Shown piece after piece: positions 61,901 to 64,000 of a stretch of 64,000 bases of DNA. The position numbers and the translations under genes were made by a program. The DNA comes from Balanoglossus misakiensis. Taxonomy: Eukaryota > Animalia > Hemichordata. The notes below the pieces were generated by a model. It was not told where the DNA came from. It did not search any database and was given only the letters and a program-made list of their open reading frames with translations. The DNA lies in contig CM082596.2 in assembly GCA_040954595.2 (NCBI GenBank), positions 3,214,925 to 3,278,924 on the forward strand, in the 5' to 3' direction. How positions within the stretch are numbered: position 1 is the first letter of the stretch; each line of letters opens with the position of its first letter.

Positions 61901-63866
61901 CGACTCAATCTGAAACTTCAAATTAACGTGTTTCCCACAAGAAACTGATGTCTGAGTGTTTGCACGTGAATCAGATTGTACTTTTCGAACAAGTGTGGAC
62001 AAAGTGTCAAGGCAATTATTTTTTTTTTAAAACTTGCCTGTCCATTTTTAAAAGAGATTCTGCACGTTCTCCTCACAACTTGAAAGCGATGTATTCACAC
62101 TTGACGTGTTGACATAAAAGCAGTGCTTAGATGCCAACTGTGTGTCAGATGGAGTGACTGTGGCTTTAATATAAGCTTTGTTGATTGTGTGGGCTGTAAG
62201 CATTTCACAGGTTACCGACTGACAATGCAACTATTGTGTCGTTGGTGTGTTGCAAGTCAACAGAAACAAACACACTTCCACCTGTGTGTTGTGTGAACTA
62301 GTGGACATTCAATATACTACTGTATTCCTCTCTGAATGGGGCAATTGACATTTCAACACGTACATGCTCTGCGTGTATATTCTGTCGCATGGAACTTTAC
62401 GTTTACTACATTGGTTTGTGATACTATGAGAAATGATATTGAAAATAAAATAATTATAGTCTAATGGGTTAATCTACTTGCAATGGCTTGCTGGTGGAGT
62501 CAGTCTCAATGATAAAAAGAGTTCTAAGCAGTGTATGCACATTATGTCACTTTTATTAAATGTACATAAGTTTGAGATCTACTCTGAATTGAAAATATTG
62601 TCATTTTCCTGATTGAAAATCATTACTTTTTTTCTTAATATACAGGGAGTTGTCACCTGCATGTGCTGTTGGTTGCAGCTGACTGCCAGAGAGGAACTTC
62701 AGAAAATAATCAAGAGATGGGAAAAAAGTACAGTCGCAATTTCTGCAGTTTGCACCTTGGAGCAAAACTGATCAGGTTTGAAGTGGATGGTCAGCTGATC
62801 GTTCTGTTAGATGCAGCTGTGATTTGATGGGAAGCGGTTACCATGGAAATGCATTCGCAGGTATGGTTCAAATGCTCTGCATCTTCATACCTCTGTTTAT
62901 TTGCAAGTTTAGTTTGAAATGGATATCTTAATTTGTGTCATCTATTGTATCATTTCCCTATAAGTTCTCCTCATCTCAGTTCCACATCTGCCACTCAATT
63001 TACCAGCTGTCATAACTGAACTCATACAGTGTACATGGGCATAAAACACTATGGTTTTGCCACAAACATTAAATTTGAAAGCAAATCTGCCCTCGTATAA
63101 AAAATATGTATTGCATGCATATATAATACTACAAATAGCATATCGCTTTACGTGGAACTGATGCCTGTCGAAAGCTTGTCATCGCAATTCAACATAATGA
63201 TGCTATCATATGACATGATGTTATAGCCACATCATCTTTGCAGTATATCGATGTACAGTTGTGATATTGAGGAGACCACACAAACCTTAGCTACTATAGT
63301 CATTAAATGGAAATGGCCACTGCTGTCTGGGGGAGTTTCAATATTTTCTCAGTGACAGTATATTACTCATCGAGAGAGGCCGCTGTACTTTTAAGTGAAA
63401 ACGAGAGGTCAGCGCACTTTATTAGTGGAGGTGCCAGCGTGACACACATCTGAAACTGTGTCTTGCTTTCATGAATTTTAATCAGAGGAGAAATTATGAC
63501 ACTTCCATATGGCTCAGTACGATTTCCCTAGGTGAAAGCAATGTCAATTTCCATGTTAATTACCAGTGGGGAATTTTGGGTGATATTGGCCAGAGAAATG
63601 ATTATATGTTACGGCTAGGAGTGAATTTCCCCCAGAAATGGTGCAATCAACTCTTGTTAATAAGAAATCTATGATAAGATCTTGTGAACTACAATAGCGT
63701 CGAGCATCTGGCATTGATGTTTGTCAACTTCTGTTAAAATCGCCGAAATGCAGCATTTCTGTATTTGCAGCAATAGTGCATGCACTTCAGATGAAAACTT
63801 AATATTTGGACAATTTAATGGTCATACACCTCAAGTGTTACTATAGCTTCCCTCATTCCCAGCAGC

Positions 63867-63882
63867 GGTTGCTATAGCAACC
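63867..63882. promoter_or_regulatory. Palindromic RFX X-box-like motif
   Basis: GGTTGCTATAGCAACC is a perfect 16-bp palindrome matching GTNRCY-AT-RGYAAC; related motifs lie nearby (see findings). Confidence 0.45.
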
Positions 63883-64000
63883 AGTCTTCTACCTGTTCTG
63901 TCTCCTCCAGGCTTATGTAAACACTGTCTATATTGTAAGACACAGTAAACCTTAGGACTGAAAAATAAACCATTTTCTGAAGCAGTGATATCTAGAAAGT

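Noticed and set aside
53000-64000. Short ORFs and possible transposon relics (e.g. ~61.2-61.5 kb)
   Set aside because: No recognisable protein motifs, terminal inverted repeats, target-site duplications or convincing exon chain were found by eye.

Overview
Intron-rich eukaryotic DNA from what looks like an invertebrate animal; the species cannot be assigned from sequence alone. Conserved genes flank the window: a C2H2 zinc-finger gene end (52-2211, +), PTPN23/HD-PTP (9077-18981, +), PITRM1 presequence protease (42908-49882, -) and ASB8 (50995-52904, +), followed by about 11 kb with no recognisable coding sequence but several RFX X-box-like motifs. Between PTPN23 and PITRM1 lies a ~20 kb island of six genes that I spliced by hand. 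They form three families repeated twice in the same order: L1(-) A1(-) B1(+) L2(-) A2(+) B2(-). L1 is a 9-LRR protein fused to a caspase-like domain lacking both catalytic residues, and L2 is its LRR-only paralog. A1 and A2 have a TIR-like N-terminal domain plus an apparently degenerate P-loop GTPase domain. B1 and B2 are IFI44-like GTPases carrying two tandem ubiquitin-like domains in place of TLDc. This duplicated triad is the candidate undescribed innate-immune system. The exon structures and paralogy are read directly from the sequence; the fold assignments for A and for the N-terminus of B are by-eye inferences, and novelty has not been checked against databases.
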